Origin: an uncultured Clostridia bacterium | GTDB taxonomy: Bacteria; Bacillota; Clostridia; UMGS1883 | Reading direction: 5' to 3' | Assembly: GCA_947626145.1 (NCBI GenBank) | Contig: CANQRB010000006.1 | Coordinates: 11 to 64,010, forward strand | Length of the DNA: 64,000 nucleotides | Shown here: in pieces, positions 19,415 through 30,666 of the stretch | Layout of the letters: each line of letters opens with the position of its first letter | Position numbering within the stretch: the first letter of the stretch is position 1 | Translations under genes and position numbers: made by a program | Notes under the pieces: model-generated | The model's input: only the letters and a program-made list of their open reading frames with translations | Told to the model about the DNA's origin: nothing | Databases searched by the model: none

Positions 19415-19661
19415 GGTGACAACCTCCTTCAGCTTTAAGCCGTTTTATTGCCTTTCTTATATGTGCGTCGCACTCCAGGGCGGAAAGCTCGGTTTCCGGC
19501 CCCAAAGGGTCGATGTGCCTTAACCGTTTCTTCTTTGGCGAGGCCATCAGGTGGTGCCTGCCGTCCGCCACATAGGCGAAGGAGCCGTCCACCCTGAGGA
19601 TCAGGTACAACCTGTCCCTGTCGTGGCCCGCCAGGGATCTTACCAGCATTCCCGCCTTCAC
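19407..19661 (-). CDS. KOW domain-containing RNA-binding protein (YbzG-like)
   Basis: 84 aa. It occupies the conserved slot between map and infA in Firmicutes and overlaps infA by 8 nt. Confidence 0.75.
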   Translation of the reverse strand: MKAGMLVRSLAGHDRDRLYLILRVDGSFAYVADGRHHLMASPKKKRLRHIDPLGPETELSALECDAHIRKAIKRLKAEGGCHLG

Positions 19662-19673
19662 GCCCTCACCGCC

Positions 19674-20429
19674 TTACGCTTCGAGGGTGAGATACACGGG
19701 GCCGTTATCCGTGACCACAACGGTGTTTTCGTAGTGAGCCGAAAGACTTTTGTCGTTTGTCCGGCAGGTCCAGCCGTCCCGACGGTCAAAGTTGACCGCG
19801 TAGCCGCCGGCGGTTATCATGGGCTCGATGGCGATGACCATGTTGCGCACCAGCCGGACCCCGTGGCCCGGATTGCCGAAGTTGGGCACGTCCGGAGCCT
19901 CGTGGAGCGCCCTGCCCACGCCGTGGCCCACCAGATCCCTTACCACGCCGAAGCCGTTTTCCTCGGCGAGGGTCTGGACCGCATGGCCGATGTCGCCGAT
20001 GCGGTTGCCGGCCACGGCCATGGCCGCTCCCCGGAAAAAGCATTCCCGGGTCACATCCATGAGCTTGCGGGCCTTATCGCTGACATTGCCAACGGCGAAG
20101 GTTCTGGCGGCGTCGCCGTGGTAGCCCTTGTAGCAGGCTCCCACATCGACGCTGACTATGTCGCCTTCCCGAAGGATGTTCCGACGGGAGGGTATGCCGT
20201 GAACCACCACCTCGTTGGGTGAGATGCAGCAACAGGCCGGAAAGCCGTGATAGCCCTTGAAGGAGGGCGTGGCGCCGTGGGAGGTTATGACCTTCTCCAC
20301 CGCCGCGTCGAGCTCCGCCGTGGATATGCCCGGACGGACCACCTCGGCGGCCTTTTCCAGCGCGGCGGCCACGATCTTGCCCGCCTCGGCCATTTTTTCT
20401 ATGTCGGTTTTTGTCTTAATTGTTATCAT
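19674..20429 (-). CDS. map: Type I methionine aminopeptidase
   Basis: 251 aa with metal ligand motifs (DIVSVDVG, HGVGRALHE). Confidence 0.96.
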   Translation of the reverse strand: MITIKTKTDIEKMAEAGKIVAAALEKAAEVVRPGISTAELDAAVEKVITSHGATPSFKGYHGFPACCCISPNEVVVHGIPSRRNILREGDIVSVDVGACYKGYHGDAARTFAVGNVSDKARKLMDVTRECFFRGAAMAVAGNRIGDIGHAVQTLAEENGFGVVRDLVGHGVGRALHEAPDVPNFGNPGHGVRLVRNMVIAIEPMITAGGYAVNFDRRDGWTCRTNDKSLSAHYENTVVVTDNGPVYLTLEA

Positions 20430-21064
20430 TACTCTACCCCAAGAGCCTCGAGCACATTTTTTGTAGTGTCGGCCAGCTCCTCACAGCCCTTTGCTGTGCG
20501 CAGGAGGCCGCGCTCCTGATAGAAGCGCCTGAGGGGCTCGGTCTGGGCGTGGTAAACGCTGAGCCGCTCCCTGATAGCCTCGGGCACGTCGTCAGCCCGG
20601 GTTATCAAATCGCCGCCGCACTTGTCACACTTGCCCTCGACCTTGGGGGGATTGAACTTCACGTGGTAGGGGGCGGCGCACTTGCCGCACTCACGGCGTC
20701 CGCTGAGACGCTCCACAATGGCCTCATCCTCCACCCTAATCTCAAGGGCGCAGTCAAGACTGATGCCCATGCTCTCCATGGCCTCGGCCTGGGGGATAGT
20801 GCGGGGAAAGCCGTCAAGGATATATCCGGCCTCACAGTCGGGCTCGGCAATGCGTTCCTTCACCATTGAAATCACCACATCGTCGGGAACCAGGTCGCCC
20901 TTGGCTATGAAATCCTGAACCGCCAGTCCCAGAGGTGTCTGTTCACTGATCGCTTTTCTGATTATTGCGCCGGTGGAAATGTGGGTTATGCCAAAGCGCT
21001 TTTCAAGCAGCTCGGCCTGAGTGCCCTTTCCGCCGCCGGGAGGTCCCATAATTGTGATTTTCAT
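20429..21064 (-). CDS. adk: Adenylate kinase (zinc-lid form)
   Basis: 211 aa; P-loop GPPGGGKGT; lid with CGKC...CDKCGG. Confidence 0.97.
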   Translation of the reverse strand: MKITIMGPPGGGKGTQAELLEKRFGITHISTGAIIRKAISEQTPLGLAVQDFIAKGDLVPDDVVISMVKERIAEPDCEAGYILDGFPRTIPQAEAMESMGISLDCALEIRVEDEAIVERLSGRRECGKCAAPYHVKFNPPKVEGKCDKCGGDLITRADDVPEAIRERLSVYHAQTEPLRRFYQERGLLRTAKGCEELADTTKNVLEALGVE

Positions 21065-21084
21065 TTTTCCGTCCTCGCTTCGGC

Positions 21085-22413
21085 TTACTCAAGGAAGCCC
21101 TTGTAGTGCCGCATGAGCATCTGGCTTTCGAGCTGCTTAACGGTTTCGAGGGCAACGCCTACAACGATGAGCAGGCTGGTGCCGGTGAGGGCCAGAGCGC
21201 TGAGGTTGGATACATATCTGGAAAATATCTCGCTGATAACGATGGGAAGCACGGCCACGATGCCAAGGAAGCAGGCGCCCACAAGGGTTATTCTGGAAAG
21301 CACCTTGGATATATAATCCGTGGTGGGTCTGCCGGGACGCAGGCCGGGGATCATACCGTTATTACGCTTGATGTTGTTGGATACCTCGATGGGATTGAAG
21401 GTGATGGACGTATAGAAATACGTGAAACCAACTATCAGCAGGAAGTATACAACGGGATAGAATATTTTGCTGACGATGCCGCCGTTGCCGATAATAAAGG
21501 AGGCGATCCGCGCAAGAACGCTGGATTCGGTCCGGCTGAAGAGAGTGGCAAGGGTGGCGGGGAAGGTCATGATGCTCATGGCGAAGATGATGGGAATAAC
21601 GCCGGCCATGGCGACCTTGATGGGAATGAAGGTGGACTGGCCGCCGTACATCTTACGGCCAACAACGCGCTTGGCGTACTGTACGGGGATCCTGCGCTCG
21701 GCCTCGTTTACCAGCACCACGAAGGCAATGGAGGCGATGACGTAGATGAGCAGGAGGATGAGCATCCACCACTGGTTACGGCCGCCGGACATATAGGAGT
21801 TCCAGGCGGAAATAGCCATATTGGGAACGCGGCATACGATGCCGGCGAAGATCAGCATGGAAATGCCGTTGCCGATGCCCTTACCGGTGATTTCCTCGCC
21901 CAGCCACATAAGGAAGGCGGTACCGGCGGTGAAGGACACGATAATGGTGAGCATTACCAGCCAGTGAGGGATACCGCTCACGTTGGAAACGGCGCCCTGG
22001 TTGTTCAGTGTGAGTGCCAGACCCCAGGCCTGAAGGGCCGAAAGGGCTACTGTTACATAACGGGTGATCTTGGTTATCTTTTTTCTGCCCTCTTCACCCT
22101 CCTTGCTCATACGCTCAAGGGCGGGGATAGCCACGCACAGGAGCTGCATGATGATGGAGCTGTTGATGTAGGGGGTGATGGACATGGCGAATATCGTCGC
22201 GTTGGACAGGCTGCCGCCGGAGAAGGTATCCAGCAGGTTGAACAGTGTGCTGCCGGTACCGTTGCCGGCTATCCAGTTGGAAACCACGGTGGCGTCCAGC
22301 CACGGAACGGGGATAACGCTGCCCAGCCGGAATATTACAAGCATTAAAAGAGTGTAAAGTATCTTTTTTCTTAAATCGGGGACCTTCCATGCATTACGAA
22401 GTGTTTCGAGCAC
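21085..22413 (-). CDS. secY: Preprotein translocase subunit SecY
   Basis: 442 aa, 10-TM SecY sequence, in its spc operon position. Confidence 0.98.
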   Translation of the reverse strand: MLETLRNAWKVPDLRKKILYTLLMLVIFRLGSVIPVPWLDATVVSNWIAGNGTGSTLFNLLDTFSGGSLSNATIFAMSITPYINSSIIMQLLCVAIPALERMSKEGEEGRKKITKITRYVTVALSALQAWGLALTLNNQGAVSNVSGIPHWLVMLTIIVSFTAGTAFLMWLGEEITGKGIGNGISMLIFAGIVCRVPNMAISAWNSYMSGGRNQWWMLILLLIYVIASIAFVVLVNEAERRIPVQYAKRVVGRKMYGGQSTFIPIKVAMAGVIPIIFAMSIMTFPATLATLFSRTESSVLARIASFIIGNGGIVSKIFYPVVYFLLIVGFTYFYTSITFNPIEVSNNIKRNNGMIPGLRPGRPTTDYISKVLSRITLVGACFLGIVAVLPIVISEIFSRYVSNLSALALTGTSLLIVVGVALETVKQLESQMLMRHYKGFLE

Positions 22414-22414
22414 T

Positions 22415-22855
22415 TTAGATCACCTCCGCCGTACCGCCGGCCGCCGCTATCTTTTCGGCCGCGCCCTTGGTAACTCTGGCGGCCTTAACCGTCAGCTTCC
22501 TGGTGAGTTCTCCTCTGCCGAGAATTACGACGCCGTCCATTACTTTGGAGATAACACCTGCCTCCTTAAGAGCGGCGGCGTCAACAACGGCCCCGTCCTC
22601 GAACCTGTTAAGCTCGGAAACATTCACTTCCACATAGGACTTTGCGAATATATTATTGAAGCCTCTCTTGGGCAAACGTCTGTACAAAGGCATCTGGCCG
22701 CCTTCAAAGCCGGGCCTTACACCGCCGCCGGAGCGGGCGTTCTGACCCTTGTGGCCGCGGCCGGCCGTCTTGCCGTTGCCGGAGCCGGGACCTCTGCCCT
22801 TTCTCTTGGACTCGGTCTTGCTGCCGGGTACGGGACTAAGCTCGTAAAGTTTCAT
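22415..22855 (-). CDS. rplO: 50S ribosomal protein L15
   Basis: 146 aa from ATG 22855 (MKLYEL), with SD AAGGAGG upstream. The track start at 22864 is a GTG inside the SD spacer. Confidence 0.95.
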   Translation of the reverse strand: MKLYELSPVPGSKTESKRKGRGPGSGNGKTAGRGHKGQNARSGGGVRPGFEGGQMPLYRRLPKRGFNNIFAKSYVEVNVSELNRFEDGAVVDAAALKEAGVISKVMDGVVILGRGELTRKLTVKAARVTKGAAEKIAAAGGTAEVI

Positions 22856-22869
22856 TTGCCACACCTCCT

Positions 22870-23049
22870 TTAGATTTCTTCAACTGTTACAAGGTGACTT
22901 ACCCTGTTGACCATGCCTCTCATCTGAGGGGTGTCATTCTTGAGTACAACGTCACGTATTTTTTTCAGACCCAGAGCCTCAACAGTGGCTATCTGGTCGG
23001 CCTTGCGGCCGATTGTGCTCTTGACGAGCGTTATTTTAAGCTGTGCCAT
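22870..23049 (-). CDS. rpmD: 50S ribosomal protein L30
   Basis: 59 aa from ATG 23049 ([11 protein letters not shown]), with SD GGAGGG 7 nt upstream. Confidence 0.93.
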   Translation of the reverse strand: MAQLKITLVKSTIGRKADQIATVEALGLKKIRDVVLKNDTPQMRGMVNRVSHLVTVEEI

Positions 23050-23062
23050 TGTCATGCCCTCC

Positions 23063-23704
23063 TTACAGCTCGCTGACATCCTTGCCCCTGAGGCGCGCCA
23101 CGTCTTCGGCGTTCTTCAGTGAGGCCAGGCCCTGCATGGTAGCGCGTACCACGTTGGTGGGGTTGTTGCTGCGGAGGCACTTTGTCCGGATATTCTTGAT
23201 ACCCGCGGCCTCCATCACCGCGCGGACACTGCCGCCGGCGATGATACCGGTACCTTCTTTAGCGGGCATGATGAGTACCCGGCCCGCGCCGAACTCGCCG
23301 GTGATCTCGTGAGGAATGGTATCCTCCACAAGGGGAACGGAAATCATATTTTTCTTGGCGTCCTCAATTCCCTTGCGGATAGCGTCGGGAACTTCTGCCG
23401 CCTTACCCATGCCGCAGCCTACGTTACCCTTTCCGTCGCCTACGACCACAAGAGCGCTGAAGCGCATTGTGCGGCCGCCCTTGACGGTCTTGGCTACGCG
23501 GTTGAGTCTTACGACCTTTTCAATGAGCTCAACGCCGTTGGCGTCGCCCTTATCTCTGTCGCGGCGGTCGCGGCGCTCTCCTCTGGGACGGTCGCCCCGG
23601 GGTGCGCGGTCGCCTCTGGGAGCTCTGTCTCCACGGGCGGGACGCTGTTCGGTCTTCTGCTCGGTCTGCTGCTGTGTATTCTGCTCGTTTATCTGTTCTG
23701 CCAT
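23063..23704 (-). CDS. rpsE: 30S ribosomal protein S5 with ~47-aa low-complexity N-terminal extension
   Basis: 213 aa. The conserved S5 core starts at about [20 protein letters not shown]. There is no internal Met before the core, and a strong SD precedes ATG 23704. Confidence 0.95.
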   Translation of the reverse strand: MAEQINEQNTQQQTEQKTEQRPARGDRAPRGDRAPRGDRPRGERRDRRDRDKGDANGVELIEKVVRLNRVAKTVKGGRTMRFSALVVVGDGKGNVGCGMGKAAEVPDAIRKGIEDAKKNMISVPLVEDTIPHEITGEFGAGRVLIMPAKEGTGIIAGGSVRAVMEAAGIKNIRTKCLRSNNPTNVVRATMQGLASLKNAEDVARLRGKDVSEL

Positions 23705-23721
23705 GATCTCTTCCTCCCTCC

Positions 23722-24078
23722 TTAGAATTCGAGGCCGCCCTCACGGGCGCCTTCCGCCAGGGCAGCTACGCGACCGTGATAGATGTAGCCGCTGCGGTCA
23801 AATACAACCGATGTGATGCCTGCCGCCTTGGCCTTCTCGGCCACGGCCTGACCGACCTTTTTGGCGGCCTCCACATTTCCGCCGTACTCGCCCTTGAATT
23901 CCAGGCTGGAAGCGGATACCAGGGTCACGCCCTTTTCGTCGTCGATGATCTGGGCATACATATTGTTAAGGCTCCGGAATACGTTGAGACGGGGACGCTG
24001 AGCTGTACCGACAATCTTATTACGTATGCGGCGATGTCTCTTGAGCCGCGCCTTATTACTGTTGGGCTTACTAATCAT
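23722..24078 (-). CDS. rplR: 50S ribosomal protein L18
   Basis: 118 aa; L18 sequence; operon order. Confidence 0.97.
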   Translation of the reverse strand: MISKPNSNKARLKRHRRIRNKIVGTAQRPRLNVFRSLNNMYAQIIDDEKGVTLVSASSLEFKGEYGGNVEAAKKVGQAVAEKAKAAGITSVVFDRSGYIYHGRVAALAEGAREGGLEF

Positions 24079-24095
24079 CTCGCCAATCTCCTCTC

Positions 24096-24644
24096 TTATT
24101 TCTTAGCCTTACCGGCCTTGCCTTCCTTGCGGATGATATGCTCGGAGACATACTTGATGCCCTTGCCCTTATAAGGCTCGGGTCCTCTCTTCTCCCTTAT
24201 CTCCGCGGCGACCTGGCCTACGGTCTGCTTATCGGCGCCCTTGACAACGATGCTTGTCTGAGAGGGGCACTCGATGGTAATTCCCTCAACGGGAGTGTAC
24301 TCAACCGGATGGGAATAGCCCAGGTTGAGAACCAGGGTCTTGCCCTGCATCTGGGCACGGTAGCCGACGCCGTTTATCTCAAGCTCCTTCTTGAAGCCGT
24401 CGGTAACGCCGACAACCATATTGTGCAGCAGGCTGCGGGTAAGACCGTGAAGGCTCTTGTGGGCCTTGTCCTCGCTGGGACGGGCAACGGTAACAACACC
24501 GGCCTCCTGCTTTATTATCATATCACCGTGGAGCTGCTTGGTGAGGGTGCCATGGGGGCCCTTTACAGTCACCACATTACCTTCGGCAATGTCAACGGTA
24601 ACTCCGGCCGGCACGGTGATAGGCATTCTTCCTATTCTTGACAT
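24096..24644 (-). CDS. rplF: 50S ribosomal protein L6
   Basis: 182 aa; [16 protein letters not shown]-terminus. Confidence 0.97.
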   Translation of the reverse strand: MSRIGRMPITVPAGVTVDIAEGNVVTVKGPHGTLTKQLHGDMIIKQEAGVVTVARPSEDKAHKSLHGLTRSLLHNMVVGVTDGFKKELEINGVGYRAQMQGKTLVLNLGYSHPVEYTPVEGITIECPSQTSIVVKGADKQTVGQVAAEIREKRGPEPYKGKGIKYVSEHIIRKEGKAGKAKK

Positions 24645-24668
24645 AATATCATCACCTGAATCCTTCCA

Positions 24669-25067
24669 CTACCATACGATAGCAAGAACTTCACCGCCGA
24701 TTTTCTCCGCTCTTGCTTTCTTATCTGTCATAACGCCCTTGGACGTTGAAACTATAGCCACGCCGAGGCCCTTAAGCACATAAGGGATCTCCTCCCTGCC
24801 GGCGTATACTCTCAGGCCGGGCTTGGAAATTCTCTTAAGGCCGGAGATGACCTTTTCATTGTTTTTTCCGTACTTAAGAACTATATGAATGGTTCCCTGA
24901 TTTCCGTCGTCCACCACGTCAAAGCTCTTGATATAGCCTTCGTCAAGAAGTATCTGAGCGATGGCCTTCTTCATGTTGGAAGCGGGAACATCAACTGCTT
25001 TATGCTTCGCGGAGTTTGCATTGCGAATGCGGGTGAGCATATCCGCGATAGGATCTGTGATTTGCAT
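24669..25067 (-). CDS. rpsH: 30S ribosomal protein S8
   Basis: 132 aa; [14 protein letters not shown] motif. Confidence 0.97.
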   Translation of the reverse strand: MQITDPIADMLTRIRNANSAKHKAVDVPASNMKKAIAQILLDEGYIKSFDVVDDGNQGTIHIVLKYGKNNEKVISGLKRISKPGLRVYAGREEIPYVLKGLGVAIVSTSKGVMTDKKARAEKIGGEVLAIVW

Positions 25068-25098
25068 GAGTAAACCTCCTTTTCCAAAAGCTTATATT

Positions 25099-25284
25099 TT
25101 ACCAGCTTGCCTTCTTGACGCCGGGAATCTGACCTTTGTACGCCAGCTCTCTGAAGCAGATACGGCATACGCCGTACTTGCGAAGATAGGCGTGGGGCCG
25201 GCCGCAGATCTTGCAGCGGTTGTAAGCGCGGGTGCTGAACTTGGGCCGACGCTGCTGCTTCAGTATCATTGACTTCTTAGCCAT
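25099..25284 (-). CDS. rpsN: 30S ribosomal protein S14 type Z (zinc form)
   Basis: 61 aa; [20 protein letters not shown]. Confidence 0.96.
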   Translation of the reverse strand: MAKKSMILKQQRRPKFSTRAYNRCKICGRPHAYLRKYGVCRICFRELAYKGQIPGVKKASW

Positions 25285-25298
25285 TATCTCTTACCTCC

Positions 25299-25841
25299 TT
25301 AGCCTCTGGTGAAGGGTGCGCCGAGGAGCGTAAGCAGCTCGCGGCCCTCTTCGTCTGTCTTAGCCGTGGTAACAAATATTATATCCATGCCCCTGATCTT
25401 GTCAATCTTGTCATAGTCGATTTCGGGGAAAATGAGCTGTTCCTTAACGCCCAGGGAGTAATTGCCGCGGCCGTCAAAAGCGTTGGGATTGATGCCGCGG
25501 AAGTCTCTTACACGGGGAAGAGCCACATTGAAAAGGCGGTCTACGAACTCGTACATCTTCTCGCCCCGAAGGGTTACCTTGACGCCGATGTTCATGCCCT
25601 GACGGATCTTGAAGTTAGCCACGCTCTTCTTAGCCTTGGTGACAACGGGCTTTTGACCGGTGATCTTGGCCAGGTCGCCGGCGGCCGCGTCGATGACCTT
25701 GGGATTTTCCTTGGCCTCGCCCAGACCGATGTTGACAACTATCTTCTCAAGCTTGGGAATCTGCATGGTGCTCTTGTATCCGAACTTCTTGAAGAGGGCG
25801 GGAGCAACCTCATTCTGATAAAGTGTTTTTACATTAGACAT
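25299..25841 (-). CDS. rplE: 50S ribosomal protein L5
   Basis: 180 aa; L5 sequence; operon order. Confidence 0.97.
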   Translation of the reverse strand: MSNVKTLYQNEVAPALFKKFGYKSTMQIPKLEKIVVNIGLGEAKENPKVIDAAAGDLAKITGQKPVVTKAKKSVANFKIRQGMNIGVKVTLRGEKMYEFVDRLFNVALPRVRDFRGINPNAFDGRGNYSLGVKEQLIFPEIDYDKIDKIRGMDIIFVTTAKTDEEGRELLTLLGAPFTRG

Positions 25842-25860
25842 GGTTACTGCCTCCTTTCAA

Positions 25861-26184
25861 TTACTTCTCAAAGGTCTCGCCGCACTTCTTGCACACGCGG
25901 ACCTTCGTTCCGTCGCTGAGGACGGTGTAGCCTATTCTGGTGGCCTGACGGCACTTGTCGCAAACGTGCATTACGTCGGAGGCGCTGATGGGGGTCTCCT
26001 GATGGATGATGCCGCCGATGTCGCCCTGCCGGCGGGGCCTTTTGTGCTTGGTGGCCATGCTTACGCCTTCAACAACCACGCGGTTGTGATCCTTGTCCAC
26101 GCTGAGCACCTTGCCCTTTTTGCCTTTATCCTCACCGCTGATTACCACAACGGTGTCATTTTTCTTAATATGAATATTATTCAT
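25861..26184 (-). CDS. rplX: 50S ribosomal protein L24 (carries CxxC-x19-CxxC)
   Basis: 107 aa; KOW motif VVVISGEDKGKKGKV; Cys at positions 75, 78, 98 and 101. Confidence 0.95.
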   Translation of the reverse strand: MNNIHIKKNDTVVVISGEDKGKKGKVLSVDKDHNRVVVEGVSMATKHKRPRRQGDIGGIIHQETPISASDVMHVCDKCRQATRIGYTVLSDGTKVRVCKKCGETFEK

Positions 26185-26201
26185 TTATGCCTTACCTCCC
26201 A

Positions 26202-26570
26202 TTAGAGAACCTCGGGAGCAAGGGAGAGGATCTTCATATAGTCATGGTCTCTCAACTCTCTTGCGACCGGTCCAAATATACGGGTACCCCTGGGGTTTTT
26301 ATCGTCTCTGATGATGACGGCGGCGTTTTCGTCAAACTTGATGTAGGTGCCGTCGGCCCGGCGCACGCCCTTGCGGCTGCGCACGATAACGGCCTTTACG
26401 ACCTCGCCCTTCTTGACCATTCCGCCGGGAGCCGCTTTCTTGACCGAAGCGACCACAACATCACCAATATTGCCATATCTTCTGAGGGAGCCGCCAAGCA
26501 CCCGGATGCACATAAGCTCCTTGGCGCCCGTGTTGTCGGCAACCTTTAACAGAGTCTGCTGTTGGATCAT
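26202..26570 (-). CDS. rplN: 50S ribosomal protein L14
   Basis: 122 aa; [18 protein letters not shown]. Confidence 0.98.
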   Translation of the reverse strand: MIQQQTLLKVADNTGAKELMCIRVLGGSLRRYGNIGDVVVASVKKAAPGGMVKKGEVVKAVIVRSRKGVRRADGTYIKFDENAAVIIRDDKNPRGTRIFGPVARELRDHDYMKILSLAPEVL

Positions 26571-26603
26571 GTATTATTCACTCCTTCTTTCCTTAGAAAA
26601 GGA

Positions 26604-26861
26604 TTACTTCGCCTTCTCTACGATCTCCACTAATCTCCATCTCTTGTCGTGGCTGAGAGGACGGGTCTCCATAACCTTAACGCGGTCGCCCGGCTTGCAG
26701 GCGTTCTCCTCATCGTGGGCCTTTATCCTCACGGTTCTCTTTACAACCTTACCATAGAGAGGGTGTTTTACGCTGTCCTCGATGGCAACTACGATGGTCT
26801 TATCCATTTTGTCACTGACCACCTTGCCTATTCTTACCTTACGATAATTTCTTTCAGACAT
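26604..26861 (-). CDS. rpsQ: 30S ribosomal protein S17
   Basis: 85 aa; S17 OB-fold sequence. Confidence 0.97.
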   Translation of the reverse strand: MSERNYRKVRIGKVVSDKMDKTIVVAIEDSVKHPLYGKVVKRTVRIKAHDEENACKPGDRVKVMETRPLSHDKRWRLVEIVEKAK

Positions 26862-26882
26862 ATCAGTTCCTCCTTCCTATGC

Positions 26883-27080
26883 TTAGTTCAGCCCCAGCTC
26901 TTTTTCGCGGATAACCGTATTTACCTTGGCGATATCCTTCTTTGTGGCGGAAATGCTAAGGGGATTACTGAGGTTATTTGTCGCGTGCTGAAATCTCAGG
27001 TTGAAAAGCTGTTTCTTGAGGTCCGCAAGCTTTACCTGCAGCTCCTCGGGACTCATGTCACGGATCTCGTTAATTTTCAT
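26883..27080 (-). CDS. rpmC: 50S ribosomal protein L29
   Basis: 65 aa from ATG 27080 ([14 protein letters not shown]). The longer track ORF overlaps rplP. Confidence 0.93.
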   Translation of the reverse strand: MKINEIRDMSPEELQVKLADLKKQLFNLRFQHATNNLSNPLSISATKKDIAKVNTVIREKELGLN

Positions 27081-27510
27081 TAGCTTCAGCCTCCGTTTCC
27101 TCTGCTTCGCGGGCGACGAACTTGCACTTGATGGGGAGCTTGTGCATGGCGAGACGAAGAGCCTCCTTGGCCACGTCCTCGGCCACGCCGCCGATCTCAA
27201 ACATTACTCTGCCGGGCTTTACCACGGCTACCCAGTACTCGGGAGAGCCCTTACCGCTGCCCATTCGGGTTTCGGCAGGCTTCTCGGTGATGGGCTTGTC
27301 GGGGAAAATCTTGATCCAAACCTGACCGCCGCGCTTGGTATAACGGGTCATGGCGATACGGGCGGCCTCTATCTGATTGCTGGTGATCCATGCGGGCTCC
27401 AGAGCCTGAAGGCCGTAATCGCCGTAGGATACCTTGTTGCCCCGCTGGGCCGTGCCGGTGAGGCGGCCGCGGAACTGCTTTCTGTGCTTAACTCTTTTGG
27501 GCATTAACAT
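27070..27510 (-). CDS. rplP: 50S ribosomal protein L16
   Basis: 146 aa from ATG 27510 ([15 protein letters not shown]). Confidence 0.95.
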   Translation of the reverse strand: MLMPKRVKHRKQFRGRLTGTAQRGNKVSYGDYGLQALEPAWITSNQIEAARIAMTRYTKRGGQVWIKIFPDKPITEKPAETRMGSGKGSPEYWVAVVKPGRVMFEIGGVAEDVAKEALRLAMHKLPIKCKFVAREAEETEAEANEN

Positions 27511-28175
27511 TATTTGCGTCCCCCTTCCTGAGGTCTCTTCTTGCTCTCGGGAAGTATTTCGCCCTTGTAGATCCATACCTTGCAGCCTATCTTGCCATAG
27601 GTGGTGTTGGCCTCGGCAAAGCCGTAGTCAATGTCTGCGCGCAGGGTCTGAAGGGGAATTGTTCCTTCATGATACTGTTCGGTTCTGGCGATTTCGGCGC
27701 CGCCCAGACGGCCGGAGCACATGGTCTTGATGCCCTTGGCGCCAAATCTCATGCTTCCGCGCATGGCGCCCTTCATGGCGCGGCGGAAGGATACGCGCTT
27801 CTCAAGCTGGGCGGCGATGCCCTCGGCCACGAGCTGAGCGTTGAGCTCGGGCTGCTTGATCTCGGCGATATTGATATACACCTGCTTATCGGTGAGCTTG
27901 GAGACCTCGGCCTTCAGCTTCTCGATATTCTCGCCCTTGGGGCCTATTACCAGGCCGGGCTTTGCGGTGTGAACGGTAATGCGCAGGGTGTTGGCCTTCT
28001 TCTCGATCTCGATGCGGGAAACACCCACGCTGTAAAGCTTTTTCTTAAGGAAATTACGGATTTTGTAGTCCTCTACAAGATTGTCTCCGAACGCGCCGTC
28101 CGCGGCGTACCATCTGGAGTCCCAATCCTTGATAATGCCTACTCTTATTCCGTGTGGATTAACTTTCTGACCCAT
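27510..28175 (-). CDS. rpsC: 30S ribosomal protein S3
   Basis: 221 aa; [14 protein letters not shown]; KH plus S3-C domains. Confidence 0.98.
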   Translation of the reverse strand: MGQKVNPHGIRVGIIKDWDSRWYAADGAFGDNLVEDYKIRNFLKKKLYSVGVSRIEIEKKANTLRITVHTAKPGLVIGPKGENIEKLKAEVSKLTDKQVYINIAEIKQPELNAQLVAEGIAAQLEKRVSFRRAMKGAMRGSMRFGAKGIKTMCSGRLGGAEIARTEQYHEGTIPLQTLRADIDYGFAEANTTYGKIGCKVWIYKGEILPESKKRPQEGGRK

Positions 28176-28188
28176 AACTACGCCTCCC

Positions 28189-28536
28189 TTACTCTTTCTC
28201 TTTTACAACGATTGTGATGTGACTGGTTCTCTTCATGATGCGGAACGCTCTGCCCTGGGCCCGGGGACGGATCCTCTTGAGTGTGGGGCCCTCGTTGGCG
28301 TATATCTCGGAGATATAGAGCTTGTCGCCGCTCATGCCGAAGTTGTTTTCGGCGTTGGCCACAGCGCTGCCAAGGAGCTTTATCAGAAGCTCGCTGGCGG
28401 CCTTGGGAGTATTGTAAAGGATACCCATGGCTTCGTTTACGGGCTTGTTCCTGATGAGGTCATTTACAATCTTGACTTTTCTGGGGGATATGCGAGCATA
28501 GCGCAGCACAGCCCTGGCTTCTTTATTAGCCTCCAT
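28189..28536 (-). CDS. rplV: 50S ribosomal protein L22
   Basis: 115 aa; L22 sequence. Confidence 0.97.
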   Translation of the reverse strand: MEANKEARAVLRYARISPRKVKIVNDLIRNKPVNEAMGILYNTPKAASELLIKLLGSAVANAENNFGMSGDKLYISEIYANEGPTLKRIRPRAQGRAFRIMKRTSHITIVVKEKE

Positions 28537-28565
28537 TTGTTATTGTCCTCCTTACTTTAATTGCT

Positions 28566-28838
28566 CTACTTGGAGCTCTTAGCGCCCTGATGGCCCCGAT
28601 AGGTCCTGGTGGGAGCAAACTCGCCGAGCTTGTGTCCTACCATATCCTCGGTCACATATACGGGGACGTGCTTGCGTCCGTCGTGAACCGCGATGGTGTG
28701 GCCGACGAATTCAGGGAATATAGTGGAGCTGCGGGACCAGGTCTTAAGGACTCTCTTCTCTCCCGCTTGGTTCATAGCTTCAACTCTTGCCAAAAGCTTG
28801 GGTTCCACGAAGGGACCCTTTTTCAAAGATCTGCTCAT
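28566..28838 (-). CDS. rpsS: 30S ribosomal protein S19
   Basis: 90 aa; [11 protein letters not shown]. Confidence 0.98.
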   Translation of the reverse strand: MSRSLKKGPFVEPKLLARVEAMNQAGEKRVLKTWSRSSTIFPEFVGHTIAVHDGRKHVPVYVTEDMVGHKLGEFAPTRTYRGHQGAKSSK

Positions 28839-28869
28839 ACTTTCATTCCTTTCTTATTGCGCCGTCGGC

Positions 28870-29703
28870 TTATTTCTGCTTGCGGCTCTTAACAATGAAC
28901 TTGTTGGAAGCCTTCTTATGCTTACGGGTCTTAAGACCAAGGGCGGGCTTACCCCAGGGAGTAACGGGAGAGGGCATACCAACGGGCGATTTGCCTTCGC
29001 CGCCGCCGTGCGGGTGGTCGTTGGGGTTCATTACAACGCCGCGGACAACAGGTCTCCAGCCCATGTGGCGCTTTCTGCCGGCGCTGCCGAGAGAAACGTT
29101 CTCGTGGTCGAGGTTGCCGACCTGGCCCACGGTGGCCTTGCAAACCAGGCTCACCATACGAACCTCGCCGCTGGGGAGACGCACCTGAGCGTAGCCGTTC
29201 TCCTTGGCCATCAGCTGAGCGCTGGCGCCGGCGGCACGTACAAGCTGGGCGCCCTTGCCGGGCTGAAGCTCGATGTTGTGGATAACTGTACCCACGGGAA
29301 TAGATGCCAGGGGAAGGGTGTTGCCGGGACGGATGTCCGCGTGCTCGCCGGTCTCCAGCACGTCGCCCACACCGACGCCGTTGGGAGCGATGATGTATCT
29401 CTTCTCCCCGTCCTCATACTGAACGAGGGCGATGTTGGCGCTGCGGTTGGGGTCATATTCGATGGCGATAACATTGGCGGTCATGCCGACCTTATCGCGC
29501 TTGAAGTCGATAACTCTGTATTTTCTCTTTACGCCGCCGCCGCGGTGACGGACGGTGATCCTGCCGTAAGAGTTCCTGCCGGCCTTGGACTTGAGGGGCT
29601 TAAGAAGGGACCGCTCGGGAGTGGTCTTGGTGATCTCCTCAAAGGTGGAGACAGTCATCTGTCTGCGGGCAGGAGAGGTAGGCTTATACTTCTTTATTGC
29701 CAT
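28870..29703 (-). CDS. rplB: 50S ribosomal protein L2
   Basis: 277 aa; [14 protein letters not shown] and GGGEGK motifs. Confidence 0.98.
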   Translation of the reverse strand: MAIKKYKPTSPARRQMTVSTFEEITKTTPERSLLKPLKSKAGRNSYGRITVRHRGGGVKRKYRVIDFKRDKVGMTANVIAIEYDPNRSANIALVQYEDGEKRYIIAPNGVGVGDVLETGEHADIRPGNTLPLASIPVGTVIHNIELQPGKGAQLVRAAGASAQLMAKENGYAQVRLPSGEVRMVSLVCKATVGQVGNLDHENVSLGSAGRKRHMGWRPVVRGVVMNPNDHPHGGGEGKSPVGMPSPVTPWGKPALGLKTRKHKKASNKFIVKSRKQK

Positions 29704-29723
29704 TTGTTTTCACTCCTATCTGA

Positions 29724-30014
29724 TTACATTAAGCCGTCAAAGAACTCGATGGTCTTGCTGTCCTCGGTGATCTTAACGATAGCCTTCTTCCAGTCGGGTC
29801 TCTTGCCGGAATTGGCGCCCATGCGCTTGATCTTGCCAAGCACCCGCATTGTGGTGACCTTCTCGACCTTCACGCCGAAGATTTCCTCCACGGCCTTCTT
29901 GATCTCGATCTTGTTGGCCTCCGGAGCAACCTCGAAGGTGTACTTCCGGTCGGCCATCTGATCCATGGAGTGCTCGGTGATTATAGGTCTTTTAACTATA
30001 TCGTAGGAATTCAT
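29724..30014 (-). CDS. rplW: 50S ribosomal protein L23
   Basis: 96 aa; L23 sequence. Confidence 0.96.
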   Translation of the reverse strand: MNSYDIVKRPIITEHSMDQMADRKYTFEVAPEANKIEIKKAVEEIFGVKVEKVTTMRVLGKIKRMGANSGKRPDWKKAIVKITEDSKTIEFFDGLM

Positions 30015-30637
30015 TACGCATATACCTCCTCAAGTCTGGAGAGGGCTTCCTTGGCGAGGACAAGCTTGTCGTGGGCCAGTACGGAGTAAACGTTCATCAT
30101 TCCCACATAGGAGGCGTCAACGCCCTCGATGTTTCTGGCGGAAAGATATACGTTCTTTTCCATGTCGGCCGTTACGATAAGGGCCTTCTCGCTTACGCCC
30201 ATTTCTTTGAGCATGGCGGCTATGGTCTTGGTCCTAGCCTCGTCCATGGCAAGGCCCTCCACAACGTAAACGCTGTTCTCCTCGGCCTTGCTGCTGAGAG
30301 CGCTTACCATAGCCAGCTTTTTAACCTTCTTATTAAGGTTGTAGGAGTAATCTCTGGGCTTGGGGCCTAAAGCCACGCCGCCCTTTGTCCACTGGGGAGC
30401 CCTTGTGGAGCCCTGTCTGGCACGGCCGGTGCCCTTCTGTCTGAAGGGCTTCTTGCCGCCGCCGCTGACCTCGGTACGGGTCTTGGTGCTCTGGGTGCCC
30501 TGTCTCTGGTTAGCAAGGTAGTTCACAACGCTGTCGTGAAGAACGCTCCTGTTGACCTCCGCGCCGAAAACCGCCGCGTTGAGCTCAACCTCGCCCACCT
30601 TGCTGCCCTGCAAATTATATAATCCTGCTGTAGGCAT
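30014..30637 (-). CDS. rplD: 50S ribosomal protein L4
   Basis: 207 aa; L4 sequence ([19 protein letters not shown]). Confidence 0.97.
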   Translation of the reverse strand: MPTAGLYNLQGSKVGEVELNAAVFGAEVNRSVLHDSVVNYLANQRQGTQSTKTRTEVSGGGKKPFRQKGTGRARQGSTRAPQWTKGGVALGPKPRDYSYNLNKKVKKLAMVSALSSKAEENSVYVVEGLAMDEARTKTIAAMLKEMGVSEKALIVTADMEKNVYLSARNIEGVDASYVGMMNVYSVLAHDKLVLAKEALSRLEEVYA

Positions 30638-30666
30638 TTATTAGCATCTCCTTTCCGTTTAGGCCT

